In this document: positions 1 to 12,626 of the stretch, piece by piece
Numbering within the stretch: the first letter of the stretch is position 1
Layout of the letters: each line of letters starts with the position of its first letter
DNA from: Psammoneis japonica
Lineage: Eukaryota
Reading direction: 5' to 3'
Length of the DNA: 46,946 nucleotides
Assembly: GCA_008632985.1 (NCBI GenBank)
Contig: QPGO01000350.1
Coordinates: 1-46,946 of the forward strand
The notes under the pieces: model-generated
What the model saw: only the letters and a program-made list of their open reading frames with translations
Database searches by the model: none
Told to the model about the DNA's origin: nothing
Position numbers and translations under genes: made by a program

Positions 1-1267
1 TGTTCAAGGGGCAGAACGAAGACTCGGAGCTGCAGTTCAGTGCTGTTAAATCGCTTAGGGAGAGAAACTATCTTCGCGCTTCGGTTCGCTTCACTAATGA
101 GGTGATGGGAGAGGATCTCGATGCGGTAGAGGAGAGAGTGGAGGAGGAGACCAATGAGGAAAAGGCCGCTCGTCGGGGGAGCATGTCGACGCAGGGAAGC
201 CAGCTGGTGTTCTTTTCCGACCAGGCCGACAAAGGATATAGAGAACAGACGGAAATGGTCTATGGCATTGGCGTTAATGAGTAAGTGATGAGTACCGAAC
301 ATTTGCCTCTCGAGCTCTTGTCGTTTTTATTTGCATGTTATCACCCCATATCGCATAGCCTCACAGATGAATTCACCATTTGGACGACAAACAATCGAAT
401 AAAAGCATCGAGAGGCGCGTCACAGTTGTTTTTCGTGGCTCTCGGACACCCAGTGACTGGGCTCAGAACAAAAAATTCCAGGGGATTGCTGTTGCGAATC
501 CAGTGAAAGGCTTGAAAGAGTTTGAAAACGATACGTCCCTTCCAGAACAAGTGCATGTTCATGCAGGGTTTCACGAGTATCTGAATCGAAGGAATGGAAC
601 ACCGGAGGGTATATTTGAGGCACTTCTTCCCATCCTAAATGCTCGGCCTGGCTATGCGCTTTGGATCACGGGGCATTCGCTTGGCGGGTAAGTCGATGCA
701 ACGTGAAATGTCTGCTTGCTCCCGTCAATCCAACTTGATGCACCAACTCATCATGCATACCCACTCTTCTTGTTTCTTCTACTCAGGGGGCTTGCTAGCC
801 TCTTTGCTGTGCAAGCGGCATCGCGCGACGACATCCCAAAACCGGTCAACTGCATCACGCATGCACAACCTCTGGTTGGTGATATCCAACTTTTTCGATC
901 TGTTGAGAAATTAGTTGAGAGCAAGAATCTTTTCTTGTTGCGGACTCGGAACTGTGAAGATGGTGTACCTGCGGTGCCTGCGTTCTCGCCAAAGCCGAGC
1001 TTCACCTACGTTCATTTGGGGATGGAGCTCAAGCTGTATGATGATGACAGGTCGAAGAACGTCAAATTATCCGTATCCAAGCCCAGAGTCAAGAGCTTTC
1101 TCTTAAATTTCAAGGCTATGATGACGCTGTTTGTTATCAAGACTGGCAAAGACAAGCAGAGAAGGGCGCACAATCTTAGAGAGCATTTTCGGCGGCTACA
1201 GAAATACGAGGATGAAATCCGTGGCCTTGGTAAAAATCTGGAAGAAATCTGCTCTGTAAAGAAGTAG
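1..1267 (+). CDS. Lipase class 3 (alpha/beta hydrolase), 5'-partial; exons <1-280, 406-687, 787-1267
   Basis: Spliced reading gives YGIGVND|IERRVTVVFRGS...VHAGF...WITGHSLGG|GLASL...RNCEDGVPAVP...YVHLG...HNL (GxSxG nucleophile, D and H triad candidates). GTAAGT donors at 281 and 688; AG acceptors at 405 and 786 keep the frame. Normal Tyr/TpA content. Confidence 0.85.
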
Positions 1268-1649
1268 ATGGTACCTTGTCAGATCAAATGGCCTTACGGC
1301 AATCCCGGCGACACCACCAATGGAAATTATTAATATTATGTACCATGACAAAAATACAAAAATTTCGTATGAAAACATCTAGGATGAAAACTTCAAACGT
1401 AGAGAGATTTGATGAATGCTTCACCAGAGGCACTTTGTCATCGTGCCCGTTGAGGTGGTCTCGCCACAGTATGTTCACCTTGTCTTGCTCACGACGACCC
1501 AACACATGGTCACCTGGATGGCTTTCGGACATAGGAACCACAGGAACTCAATCGCGTTGTTGGAACATGCAGCGATGCTGAGAGATTGGTTGAATGCCCC
1601 CGATGTCGTGCTGAGAAACAATGAATGTCGCATCGCAACCCTTGTAACA

Positions 1650-4600
1650 TGTTTTATTGCTCTCCGTTGACTGCAGGACTCAACCCTGCTTCATTTCAAT
1701 TCAAGCCTGCAAGGAGGGAGCTCACCAGCATCAACCTCTCCCGAACAGTGCGGACGACATTCAGCAATGAGGGGCAAAATCCTGAGCTGGTTGAGTGTAG
1801 ATCAATCAACAAGTTTAACAACATCAGAAACATCCAGTCATCCAGACTCAGACACGGGAACCACACCTGTGTCAAAAGCAAGAACAAGAGTGCACCCTCA
1901 AGGTGTGAAGAGAAGGAAGGTGAGAGCCTGAGCAAGGAAGGTCACCACCACAGCTCCACATGAAGATGCAGGTGGGAGACCCCACAAAGCCAAAATGACA
2001 AGGCATTTTGCCCAACTGATGCACTGCAGAGTGGACTGACACCGGCAACCACCCACAAAAACTTGAAGAGATTGATGAGGCTAAATGCATGGTCCAAAAG
2101 ACCAAAGCTAGCTTCCTTGCAACTTTTTCACACTAAAAATGCTCTCAAAGTGTCCAAAGCAGCTTGTCACTGTGCTGATGCAGTGGCACAACTGGCAGAA
2201 CATGTGTGCTGTCACCTGGCTGTTGACAACATGCCCGACCTTGTGGCAAACAATGAGAAGGGATTTTGTGTTTGATTGCAATGGACTGGGCAGTCACCAC
2301 CTTTTTTGGGATGCTGTCAACAAGGCTGCAGGAACAAGGGAGCCCCCATCAGAGGGAGGGGCAAATTGGCCGAGGCCAAATCAAATCATGCACAGGTCAA
2401 ACCCGAGTTCTCCATGCATTTTCAACCTGCACTTCAATGTGGGTCCGATTCATTTGTTTTGGGTTTTTGCCACACAGACATGCCAAATTGTTCATGCAGC
2501 CATGCCGCTGTTCACATGCAGCTGAGCCTGTCATTTCCAGTTGTCACACCACCTGAATGACTTTGATGCATTGCCATTTTGCAGTGCACTCTTGTTTCAC
2601 ATTTTCACTTCATACTTTTGCTGTTTTGTTCCCTCCCATGTGGTCAATCAGCTGTTTCTTGTTTTGCCTTTCATTGCAAATTGTTGCTGAGCAACAACCA
2701 TGCTGCCTTCTGCAATGCTTCCAGAAACCACAACTCCTCTTCATCAATGTTGTCATTGTCCTCCATTGTCATGATCTCATTGCCCACCTCATTCATTGTG
2801 GCTGGCTTCTGTGCTGTTGGGGCATTCCCAGAATTGCTGGGACCACATTTCACCACATTGCTCTGCTGCGCGACCCTTGCTTGGTCTCTTTTTGCAAATC
2901 TCCAACCCCGACATTGCTCCCTTCTTGCTTGTTTTTCTTTCCCAACGCTGCACTTTGTGGCAAGAATGAGTCTCCTGTCCTTGAGCTCTTCCTCAAATTG
3001 CCCATGATGTCAGCAAGCTTCTTGTTCCAGCAAGGACTTGATTGGAGCCAATGTTTCTGCATGGTCTCCCCAAAGATGGTGAGCAGGAAGTGGCAGGTGC
3101 AGCAGCTGTGCACCTTTGCATTGTTTCTCCCCTCCAGCACATCCTCCAAGGACAGCTCCTCCTTGTCATGATCCTGCCAACCTGATTGTTCACAAGACAC
3201 AACAAAGCAGTGCAGGTTGGTGTTCATTGTCAATGCTCTGCAGCTGTTCCCACAATGGCACTTGCAGAAGAATGCCAATTTGAGTGCTCCACAGGTGTTG
3301 TTCCTTCATCATGTCATTTGTCTTCACACCCCATCCTTGGACATGTCCCACAATGACCACACCCTTTTGACTTGCAGCACATTGAGCATCTTGGAGAAAA
3401 CAGTTGTTGTCACCCTTTCGTTGTGGTGCCTTGTGGCCTTTTCATTCAGAAACTTGCACCCTGACAGAAAAACATGTTCTTGCAGCATTTTTTCAAAACA
3501 ATCTTGTCCCTCTCACTCATTTTGTCATTGTGTCATTTTTTCTTTCATTTGTCACTCATCACATCTTCTCTTTCATGACCCACATTGGAGGTGCTGGTTG
3601 CAAGAGCCCCACTGTGGTCACAACTGACCCCCCGCTCATCATCTGCGCCACCATCAACACGGGGGTGCATGTGTTTCCATTGCTTGCACTGCCCCCCCTG
3701 TGGTGCCTGCTCATTTCATTGTCTGCTGCAAAGCCAATGATTTCATCACAAGTTGTCTGAGCAGTTTGCACTGGTGTGTTGCTTGCCTCTTCTCTTGTCA
3801 GGCTTTGGTGTGGCAGGCTTGCTTGTCTGTCATGGTTCCTGGCTGCATGGTGCAGTTGTGTGTTTTGCTGGTTTCTGGAGAAGCAAGACTTTTGTCCATG
3901 GGATGCATTGTTCTAACCATGGCACCACCTGCTGCATTTGTGCACAGATTTGCCTGGCACTCTTGCATTGGAGCCCTCTGTCTTGCACATCCTTTCTGCA
4001 AATTTGAGCACCTGGTGTGCATTGTGGTTGGCAGTCTAAATTTTTTGCCACTGCCAATGCACACTCGTCAGCTCAAACATGATGTGCAGCTCATGATTTT
4101 ACTCTCCCACACTGCACATCATGTTGCCATGCCCTTTTTCCATGCCCCCAAGGCTGTGATTCATCTGACTCACAGTGATGAAGCTGTCTTCATGGAAACA
4201 ACTGTGTGGCCAAACCAATGGAGACAAGGAGCAGCCAACAGACAGCAACCAAGAAGCACAAGAAACCGCCAGCCATCCTGATCAGACAAGTTCTGACTCA
4301 GCTTGGTGAAAACAACACTGCAGCCAATGGGTTGGTTGTCCAACCCCAGGCAAGGGGCAGGGACAAGCTGGGTCATTGTTCCTGCAGGGATCCAGAAGCT
4401 TGTCAAGGGACCAGTCATTGGAGTTGCCATCATGGCCAGTGCCATGATGATGATCAGATGCACAGATTTGCTTCAAGTTCACTGTGGACACACCATGATC
4501 TCCATTGCAAGGAAGTTTCCCACAAAGGCCACCTTTCACCTCAACGTGCTGTCCTTCATGACTTGTGCTGGTTGCATTGACATGAACAAACAATTCCTTG

Positions 4601-7050
4601 ACAACAAAAAGATTCCAACCAGTGTGCGCTGTGTCAAAGAATTCTTTGCTGTCAAAACAAGTGTCAGATTTTGTTGTGCAAAAGGCTTTGAAAATTTGGT
4701 TTTCCCCTGCATGGCAAGTGACAACTTCCCCACTGTGATTTGCAAAGGCAGCACAAAGGTTCTTCATGATGGTTTCCACCATTTCATCAGCAACACTCTT
4801 GCATGTTAACTCCAAGGGAAGTGTCAGCAGCATCCACTGCTTTGCTGTGCCTTGCTGTTTTTGTTGACATTTGGGCAAGAATGATGAAATGGAAAGGCAC
4901 AAATCCAATGGCTGCCATCATCAACCCCATCAATCAGATGGTTGTCACAAAAATCTTTGAAGTTTGGAATGAGAGGTGCAATGGTGGGAAGACATGGCAT
5001 GGCACTCTCCCACTTGCAAGTGACAAGAATGTCCCACACTTCCTTTGCATCTTGCGTTGTCTGACAGAATCACATCAGCCATTGAGAAGCCCTCTTTGAT
5101 GAACCACACCTTGTGGGTGTTGTGAGGAACAATGGATGATGATGCAAGTGCCGCTGTGAAGGGCAGCCAACTCCTCTTCTCTTGTTGAAGCTTGTGGTTG
5201 ATCTCCATGACAGTGCATGCAACCAACCAGCCAATGTGAAGCTCCATGATGTGAATGGGTTTCAATTTCTGTTGGTCCACGGTGGCTGTGCACATGGCAA
5301 CTGCATGACAAGGCTGGGAAGACATGAGTGCCCAAGCACAGAACAATGACAGAGCACCAAGAAATGAAGTGAATGTTTGCAAAATCACCAGTCATCAGCA
5401 ACATTGACAGGAGAGGAAAGCAACTGATGACCATGAGGATCAACACTGCACTTCATCTTGACAACTTTGAAACCGGGGATGCACTTGTCAACCGGAGCAC
5501 CACTTCTGAAGTGTTCCATGCCAGTGCTTTGATGAGACTTGGGCAGAGAGTTGCAAACATCCCAGGAATCAATGTTCTCCTCCACCACCTGTCTGTCACA
5601 CTCTCATTGCATGCAACTGGTGGCAGCAGTGCATTGCAGATTGCTGCTGGCATTGCCAAAAACACCCCAAGACAGCAACACAGCAGTTTGTTTGGGGGGG
5701 TTCTCAAGCTGTTGTGCTTGTTGAAATGGCTTCCCAACAGAAGTTGGCAAGATGAACAGATGGCGCACAACATCCAAGATGGATCTCATTGTCTTTCTTG
5801 GTGTCAATGTCATTGGGGTCATTGTGGTTGAACAAAAATTTGTTGTCTGACAACCAACAAAGACTTTGAACTCAGTCAGAGAAACCAACAAAGGCCAGCA
5901 GAGCAACAGAATCTTCCAATTTACACACATGACTGATGCTTGCACCATTGCAAAAGAGCTTCCATCCAGTGTGCATTGACTTGCTTGAAGCACTGACACA
6001 GTCCTCAGGTGTGCCCAGCGCGATTGACGTTTGGCAACAGAGGAAGAAGAAGAGTGGGAGAATTGCAAGTCATGATCTCTGTCTGGCTGAACCAGATCTT
6101 TGGAAGGCATTTCACCAGCTTTCTTGAAAAAAGCCTTGAAATCCAAACAACCAAGGATGGGATGACCAACATCAAAACTGACGTGGAGGAAATCATTGCT
6201 GTTGCTCTGCTCAAAGCACGGCATCATGTGACAACAATGCCTCCCATCAATGCAAGCAGAAGCTTGGCCAGCATCAAGACTGAGCAACACAAAGTGAGTG
6301 CAGTTGATGTGCTGCCATTGCTCCTGGCTGGCCTTTTTGAGATTGCACAATTTTGGTGCACACTTTCAGCAGGAATCTTTGGGCTGCTTGCACACCATGC
6401 CAACATTTTCAAGTCCTCTCCATTTGCCAAGCACTGGACCAAGAATGGAGGCAGGACTCACAAGCAAAACAAGAGAAAGAGCTGGCTTGGAAGATGGAGG
6501 TGGACTGGGGGTGGCAACCACACATGGACTTGTGCCGAGACAGGCTCTGTGCATGCTGCGAGCAAGAAGAAGGCAGAGATCTCTTTTTTCATTTTGATGG
6601 TTGTGGCTCCTGCATGGAAAATGGAGCTCATTGGCATGCTGCAGCATGACTGTGACACCCACCCTTCAGGTGTCATGGGACACTCCACAGGCAAAACAGT
6701 GACAAATTTTGCCCTGCTGGAGCCAGTGACTCCCCCCCTTGAGCATCGGAAGAAAAGCTGGCTCCTCTGGCTTGTGCATCTTGACGCAGCAACAAAGAAG
6801 TGGAGCTCTGCAACCAATCTCACTTCAACGGTGCGGCAGTTCAATCATCCAATCATCCAATCACTCATCCACTCGTCACCTCATCACTCATCACACAATG
6901 CTGGCGTTGGGGAAAGCCAAGCAACCAACAAGCAACTGCCGGCGCCGAGTTGCGCGCGAGAAACATGTGGATGACGTCATCATGTCTGTCCTTCATTCAT
7001 CCGGGATTCCGCCGACCGTCCGAAAGCGCGCGCGCCACAGAATCTCCAGC
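1650..7050. mobile_element. Degenerate, TpA- and CpG-depleted repeat block of unidentified family
   Basis: Almost no TA over ~5.4 kb, with many overlapping Cys/His-rich, Tyr-free ORFs. 2198-2295 is homologous to 11688-11786. No recognisable catalytic motif. Confidence 0.55.
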
Positions 7051-7139
7051 TCTTTCTTGTGCCTAGAGTGCCTACCCTTCCTCTATCTCAACGCTTTTAT
7101 CGCAACCCCAATACCATCTTCTAAAGTCCAAGTATAGGT

Positions 7140-8021
7140 ATGGAAATGGCAGGCAATCTCATGATGCAATTGACTGTCGCTTTCCTCATGATTTCCGCGA
7201 ATCTCCTGTCCCACGCTTCTGTTGTATCAGGGTTTTGCTGTCGACGCGGCACGACACCACGACAAATAAGTTCATCCGCCTTGTTGTTGGACATGGTTCG
7301 CAACCGTGGACTCGAGGTACGAACGGAAAGTGCTACTCCTCAAGAGGGTGGAATGCAGCTATACATCAAGGCCGGTCCGGATGGTACCTCTGCGGGTGAT
7401 TGTCCCTTTGCGCATTACGTACAAATGGTTCTCAACGAAAAAGAGTTGGAGTACGAGATCAAGCCGACAACGTCTGAGACAAAGCCAAATTGGCTCGTGG
7501 AACACTATGAGGGAAAGTTACCAGCATTGCGACACCGTAAAGAATGTTATGTTGAGTCGGATGTGATTGCTCAGTATCTTGATTTCTTTTTTCAGGATCC
7601 ACCCCTGTCGATGAAAAAGCGTGACACACGGCAAGCACAGGATGCAGTCGATGGATTCTTTCCGGCGGTAGCAAAATACCTCAAGCACACGCCTGACGGA
7701 GATGACGATGATTTAGAACTGAAAGCCGATCTAGATGCATCGCTGAAACAGCTTGAAAACCACTTGCAACAAGATTCGAGAACCGGTCCGTTTCTCGTAG
7801 GAAATGGCGAGGCGATTTCTCTGTTGGATTGCTCATTGGCACCGAAACTCTACCATTTGCAAGTTGGTCTAGAAGAATTTAAGGACAAGTCCATTGATTT
7901 GGAAAAGGACTATCCAGCTGTCAAGGTGTACATGGAAACGATGTTTGAGCGGCCCAGCTTTGTCGATTCATTGTACCCGAAAGAAACAGTGGTATGGGGA
8001 TGGACTAACGCGAGAAGCTAA
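7140..8021 (+). CDS. DHAR: Dehydroascorbate reductase (GST/CLIC-like), with predicted signal peptide and plastid-type transit peptide
   Basis: Motifs LYIKAGPDG..GDCPFAHYV, KPNWL..EGKLPAL, ESDVIAQYL, SLLDCSLAPKLYHL and C-terminal VVWGW. Hydrophobic N-terminus ending SGF. The start may be a later Met (7161). Confidence 0.88.
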   Translation: MEMAGNLMMQLTVAFLMISANLLSHASVVSGFCCRRGTTPRQISSSALLLDMVRNRGLEVRTESATPQEGGMQLYIKAGPDGTSAGDCPFAHYVQMVLNEKELEYEIKPTTSETKPNWLVEHYEGKLPALRHRKECYVESDVIAQYLDFFFQDPPLSMKKRDTRQAQDAVDGFFPAVAKYLKHTPDGDDDDLELKADLDASLKQLENHLQQDSRTGPFLVGNGEAISLLDCSLAPKLYHLQVGLEEFKDKSIDLEKDYPAVKVYMETMFERPSFVDSLYPKETVVWGWTNARS

Positions 8022-8187
8022 CTAAAAAAGATTCCTGTTTGTTCAATCATTTCTATGGAACCCTGGTGGTGTAGAGTGAGTCAGCAAACCATAAACCATT
8101 CTATTGTGTTTTTGTTCCTCGTTTTGTCTCGGGCTGTTGGTTCTTGCCACTGTTTAAATTGCAAAAACCGACCTAATAATCATGCTT

Positions 8188-8259
8188 GTTTGCTTGGTCT
8201 AGAGGTATGATTCCTGCTTCGGGTGCAGGAGGTCCCGGGTTCGATTCCCGGAGCAGACC
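8188..8259 (+). tRNA. tRNA-Pro(CGG)
   Basis: Acceptor GTTTGCT/AGCAGAC, D-arm TGGTCTAGAGGTATGATT, anticodon arm CCTGC-TTCGGGT-GCAGG, T-arm CCGGG-TTCGATT-CCCGG, followed by a TTTT Pol III terminator. Confidence 0.93.
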
Positions 8260-8354
8260 TTTTGCGCCTTGTGCCCAGCTAGCTTGGGACCGAGTTGAGT
8301 CGTCGTCCTCGTCCCTGCACATTTTTACTGCGTAGCTCGAATTTGCAAAGACAA

Positions 8355-8877
8355 CTGTGCATTTACGTGGCTTTTACACCAGTCGCTTCGTGGGGCAATG
8401 CTGTTCGCCAGCCCCACCAATGAACTCTTTCTCAAGCAAACACACTTTGTGCACATGGGAAAGCTGCTCAAACTCGCACACTCATGCAATCACAACGGAC
8501 AGCAGCAAACACCACACTGAGCAACATTTGATGGTCATGACTGAGAGCTTCAGTCTTGGCTTTTCCAACCGAAAGTTTGAGCAACTGCTCAAACTTGCAC
8601 CCATCAGCATTTGCTGTGCATTTGCGTGGCTTTTGCACCAGTCACTTTGCTGGAACAATGCTGTCAGCCAGCCCCGCCAATGAGCTCTCTCTCAAGCAAA
8701 CACACTTTCACCTGCGCCACATGGGAAAAGTGCTCAAACGCGCACACTCATGCAATCACAATGGGCGTGAGCAAACACCACACTGAGCAACATTTGATGG
8801 TCATGACCGAGAGCTCCAGTCTTGGCTTTTCCAGCCAAAAGTTTGAGCAACTGCTCAAACTTGCATCTGTCATTTGC
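8355..8877 (+). repeat. Tandem duplication of a ~259-bp unit, each copy with the palindrome AAGTTTGAGCA-AC-TGCTCAAACTT
   Basis: Units start at 8355 and 8614 (CTGTGCATTT[A/G]CGTGGCTTTT[A/G]CACCAGTC) and align throughout. Confidence 0.9.
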
Positions 8878-10049
8878 CCAAACTTGGCAAGTTTGAGCAA
8901 CCCCTCAAGCTTGCACCACAGCAACCCTTCAAACTTGCACAAAAAGTTTGAGCAACAAGTGCAGCTGCAGATCAACCATGGCAATTTTTGGCTGCACAGT
9001 CGCGACAATCAAGCGCATTTTCAAGGATGGACCCGCGCGCCTTTCCCGTGTGTTTGTCAAGCCCTTCTGAGGGCCAACGCACCGGCAGGAGAGAGCTGCA
9101 TGCTCAAAGCTTCAAATGCCACTTGTTGGCCCACATGCCCTGTTGCCAGGTTGAAAAAACTGCCAATTTTGCTAAAAGAGCTGGGTTTCTTGTGGGAGAC
9201 AAGCAGCCGCAACTTTCTGGGGAGGACATCCAACAAGTGGCTTCCTCAGGTGTCATGATGACAATGGATCTCCTGCTTGCACGTGCCAGCTTCTGCTTTT
9301 TGCAAAAACTGAGCCATGTCAATGTGTTCATCGCCAGCACTGGGTGGGGCATCAACAATGCTGGGACAGCCCACACCCTCCACATCGCCTGCCCAGTCTG
9401 TCTCTGTCAGAAATTGTTGAAAAAGCACTCATGCACACCACCAGTCCTCTCCACGCTGCTGTGGCATTGTCATCTTGGATCAGAAAGCTGATCAAGCAAC
9501 ATGAGGACAGGTGTCCACACACCCGACCCTCCTCATCAATGAGTCATGTGTCCTGTGCCAGAAGCCCCAGCCATGCAAGGCGCCGATGGCCCACTGCATG
9601 AGTCAACACCCAGTGGCCCCACCGCACATCCCCATGATGACAGTGCATGAATGAGCTGTGCCACCATTTTGTTGACTTTCTGACTCCACCCTTTCCAGAT
9701 GGCAAGAGAGCCACATGCCAAAAATTGGAAAACCAGCACTGAAGCACAAGCTTTTCTTCTTGAGCCACCCAGACCTGGTTTTCAGCCCAGCACTGCCACT
9801 CCATTGACAGGCTGCACCAACGCAGGCTGGCTTGCACCTCCAGTGCACAAACGTGCAGCAGAAGTGCCATGGACCAGCCTGGATTGGTGCCGCCAGAAGG
9901 TGGTGCCTGATGGAAGCAGCTGATGATGGCACAGGTTTTGCAAAGTGGTGCCGAGTGCTTTGCTTCTTCTTTCAAGCTGTCTTTGAGTCATGGTTTTGCC
10001 ACAGCCATCAAGCTCTGAAGCCTGGCAGCCAGTGGAGCAGGTGCAATGT

Positions 10050-10800
10050 TCTTCAATGGAGTCCATCAGAGCATGCCACAATCCCCAGCCAAGCATTCTT
10101 GTCATTTTCTGGCCATCTCTGCAACAACTTTCTGGCACCTTCCTCATGTCCACAAGCCACTTTGTGTTGTGTGATTCCCAGAGATCCCACCATGAGTTCC
10201 AGTCAGGAGGGGATGAGCTCTCTTCTTGATGCTGATGAAGAGTCTCTGTTTGTTCAAATGAGCAGCTCAAACAACATTCCACAGCATCAACACATGCATC
10301 CATTGAGCATCTCACACCAGCCAACAGTGCTCTGATGTCTCTACAGCTGTCACAAGACACAACCACAATCCTGATCACAGACCATTTTGTCACAGAAACA
10401 AGCTTCCAATGCCAAAGCAGGGGAAATCATGGAGAGGCAGCATCATCTCAAGCTTGCCACAATGCTTGTGAAGACCTTGCAGAAACTTCTTCTGCCAGGA
10501 CTCATTGGGCGGGCATTTTGAGACATGGCTGTGGCCTTGTGTGGGACAACCACATGACAAGCAGTGGAGCCTTGCCAGACTGCAATGATGGATGAACTCA
10601 TTCATCAGGAGAGTGGACACATGTTGCTTGACCTGCCCCCTCCATGAGCATCTCACAGGACACCCCACCATCACCCTGTCAGGTCATCAGCAAAAAAGCA
10701 CAACACTGCCCCAGCAAGCTCCGCAGCTTCTCCCAATTCTTGGGTTGCACATCCACCATGTTTGTCAGCTCCTTCCATTTTGACAAGTTGGACAGATCAG
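10050..10800 (-). mobile_element. Degenerate 3' fragment of a LINE ORF2 (zinc knuckle and terminal W-rich motif)
   Basis: The minus strand gives CLSCGCPTQGHSHVSKCP, QSTVGWCEMLNG and WNSWWDLWESHN. These parallel CIHC..EDRDHILWC, QEEIGW and WEQWWDLWDSHN in the LINE at 22.3-23.1 kb. Confidence 0.6.
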
Positions 10801-11856
10801 CATTGTCACCCCACATGCCAATGTGGACAAGGACAGTTCTGTCCTTTGCTTCAACCAAGAAGCCATGGCACCCTTCCCCGATGCATTGTCAATTTGCAAA
10901 AATCACACAGAGCTGCTGTCACTCTTGTTGACCAAACCACCACAAGAGTGGGCTCAGAAGGCTCCAACTGGAGCCAGGAAACAGCACGAACCACAGGGGG
11001 TCAGCCTCACAGCAGACCCACCCTTCATGCTCTGTGGGCATCATTGCTCATCTGTCTTAGACTTTTCTTGTTTTGGGCACCACCCAAGGGTCACATGGAT
11101 CCCTTTCAAGAACAGAACAAGGAGTGGGCATGTCACAGTCAAATGAGCTGGGGGGGAGTCCATGTTTGCAGTCCAAACCCTTGCAAGTGAACTTGGACAA
11201 GCGACTCTCAGGGAGTGCCCCCCGCATCATGATGTTCTTTGATCAGGAGAGCTGGAGCCCCATGCCCTTGTCCTTGTCTCACTCAACTTGAGCAACAGAT
11301 GGCACAGCATCACCACCCACAACCCCTGAAAGATGCATCCAGCCCACACCCCAGTCTTGCATTGAGAGGGTGGGCAAACCTCATGACCAACATTTTGAAT
11401 GCCAAGGCACTGTGTCCAAGAGGCCATTTGGTGGCCAACTTGCCAGGAATTTTCCTTGCCTGCTGCGTCCCAAGGACCCTCAGAAACAAATTTACAAAAA
11501 AGTGATTTTTAATTAAAAATCCAAGGTGGTGTGGGTGCAAATTTCATGTGTGTTTTACACACACAGAACTCAGCGCTGCTGTGTTTTCCACACACAAATC
11601 TCGCCAAAGTCACCCCACCCACTGAACCCCCCCTCACTCCATGACTCCATGGCGATGGAAACTTGAACATTTCACATGTGACAAAATGAACATGCCGCTG
11701 TGTCCTGGTTGTTGACAGTGTGCCCAAACCTTGTGGCAAGCAACAAAAAAGGATTTTGTGTTTGTTTTCAATGGGCCAGGCAGCCAGTGCTGGGCAGAAA
11801 GGGGAGCTGTGCTAGCGCGACAACCTCAACCTCATGTTGACAACAGCTGTTCATTC

Positions 11857-11860
<4 letters not shown>

Positions 11861-11916
<56 letters not shown>
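11861..11916. repeat. (GA)28 microsatellite
   Basis: Perfect GA dinucleotide run. Confidence 0.97.
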
Positions 11917-11918
<2 letters not shown>

Positions 11919-12493
11919 ACAAGTGGCTCCACCTTGGCTGCTTGTGTCATTTGTTTGTCACACTTTCATGTGACCCAGCCACGTTGGTCAGAGCTCCTGT
12001 CTCAACAGTGCTGCTGAACAAATGACGGCAGAGAGAGAAACCGATGCTTGGCCAGCCAAGAACCACAAAGACTGTGACCAAATCTTAGAGTCAACACTTG
12101 TTGGGCAGTCCTGATGCACGCGTCTCGTCTCCATCTAAGCTGCTTTTTGAGCAGGTTTCTGCTTTTTCGAGTGGGAGGAAGCAGTTTCTTTCCCACACAC
12201 ACCACTCATTTCTCGCCAACAAACGAGAGATCACTGATTTAAGGCAGCCCATTGGCTCATTTTTTTGCACGTCTTTTCCAGGTTTTTCCGCGTTTTTGAC
12301 GTGTTGCGACAGAAAACAACACGACAAAAGCACGAGCGACAATGACGATGTTCGCGACGAGTGGTGTGAGTTGCAAAGAGTGTCACCTCACGAGGGATGC
12401 TCATTGGTTTTATTGTCGTCATGTGGTGCAGATTGATTTACATGCTTTCGTCCCTCGTGCCACTGGGCCAATTTTGAGAGATAGCGTAATTGC

Positions 12494-12626
12494 CGTCATC
12501 GTCGTGCTTCGATCGCGGTGCCTGATGTTCTCGTTTTCGTGGGCGATCGAACAATTCTTGTATTTAAAATTAATAATTATAAATAAACGTATTCAAACAC
12601 ATTGCTAATTTTAGGATAAACGCGGA
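12494..12626 (+). repeat. Conserved AT-rich element terminus, copy 1
   Basis: CGTCATCGTCGTGCTTCGATCGCGGTGC...TTGTATT...TTAGGATAAACGCGG matches the reverse complement of 35070-35227. Confidence 0.8.

Noticed and set aside
2557..6974. Long ORFs (204, 208, 248, 321 aa) as protein genes
   Set aside because: They are Tyr-free, Cys/His-rich and overlap on both strands inside a TpA-depleted block.
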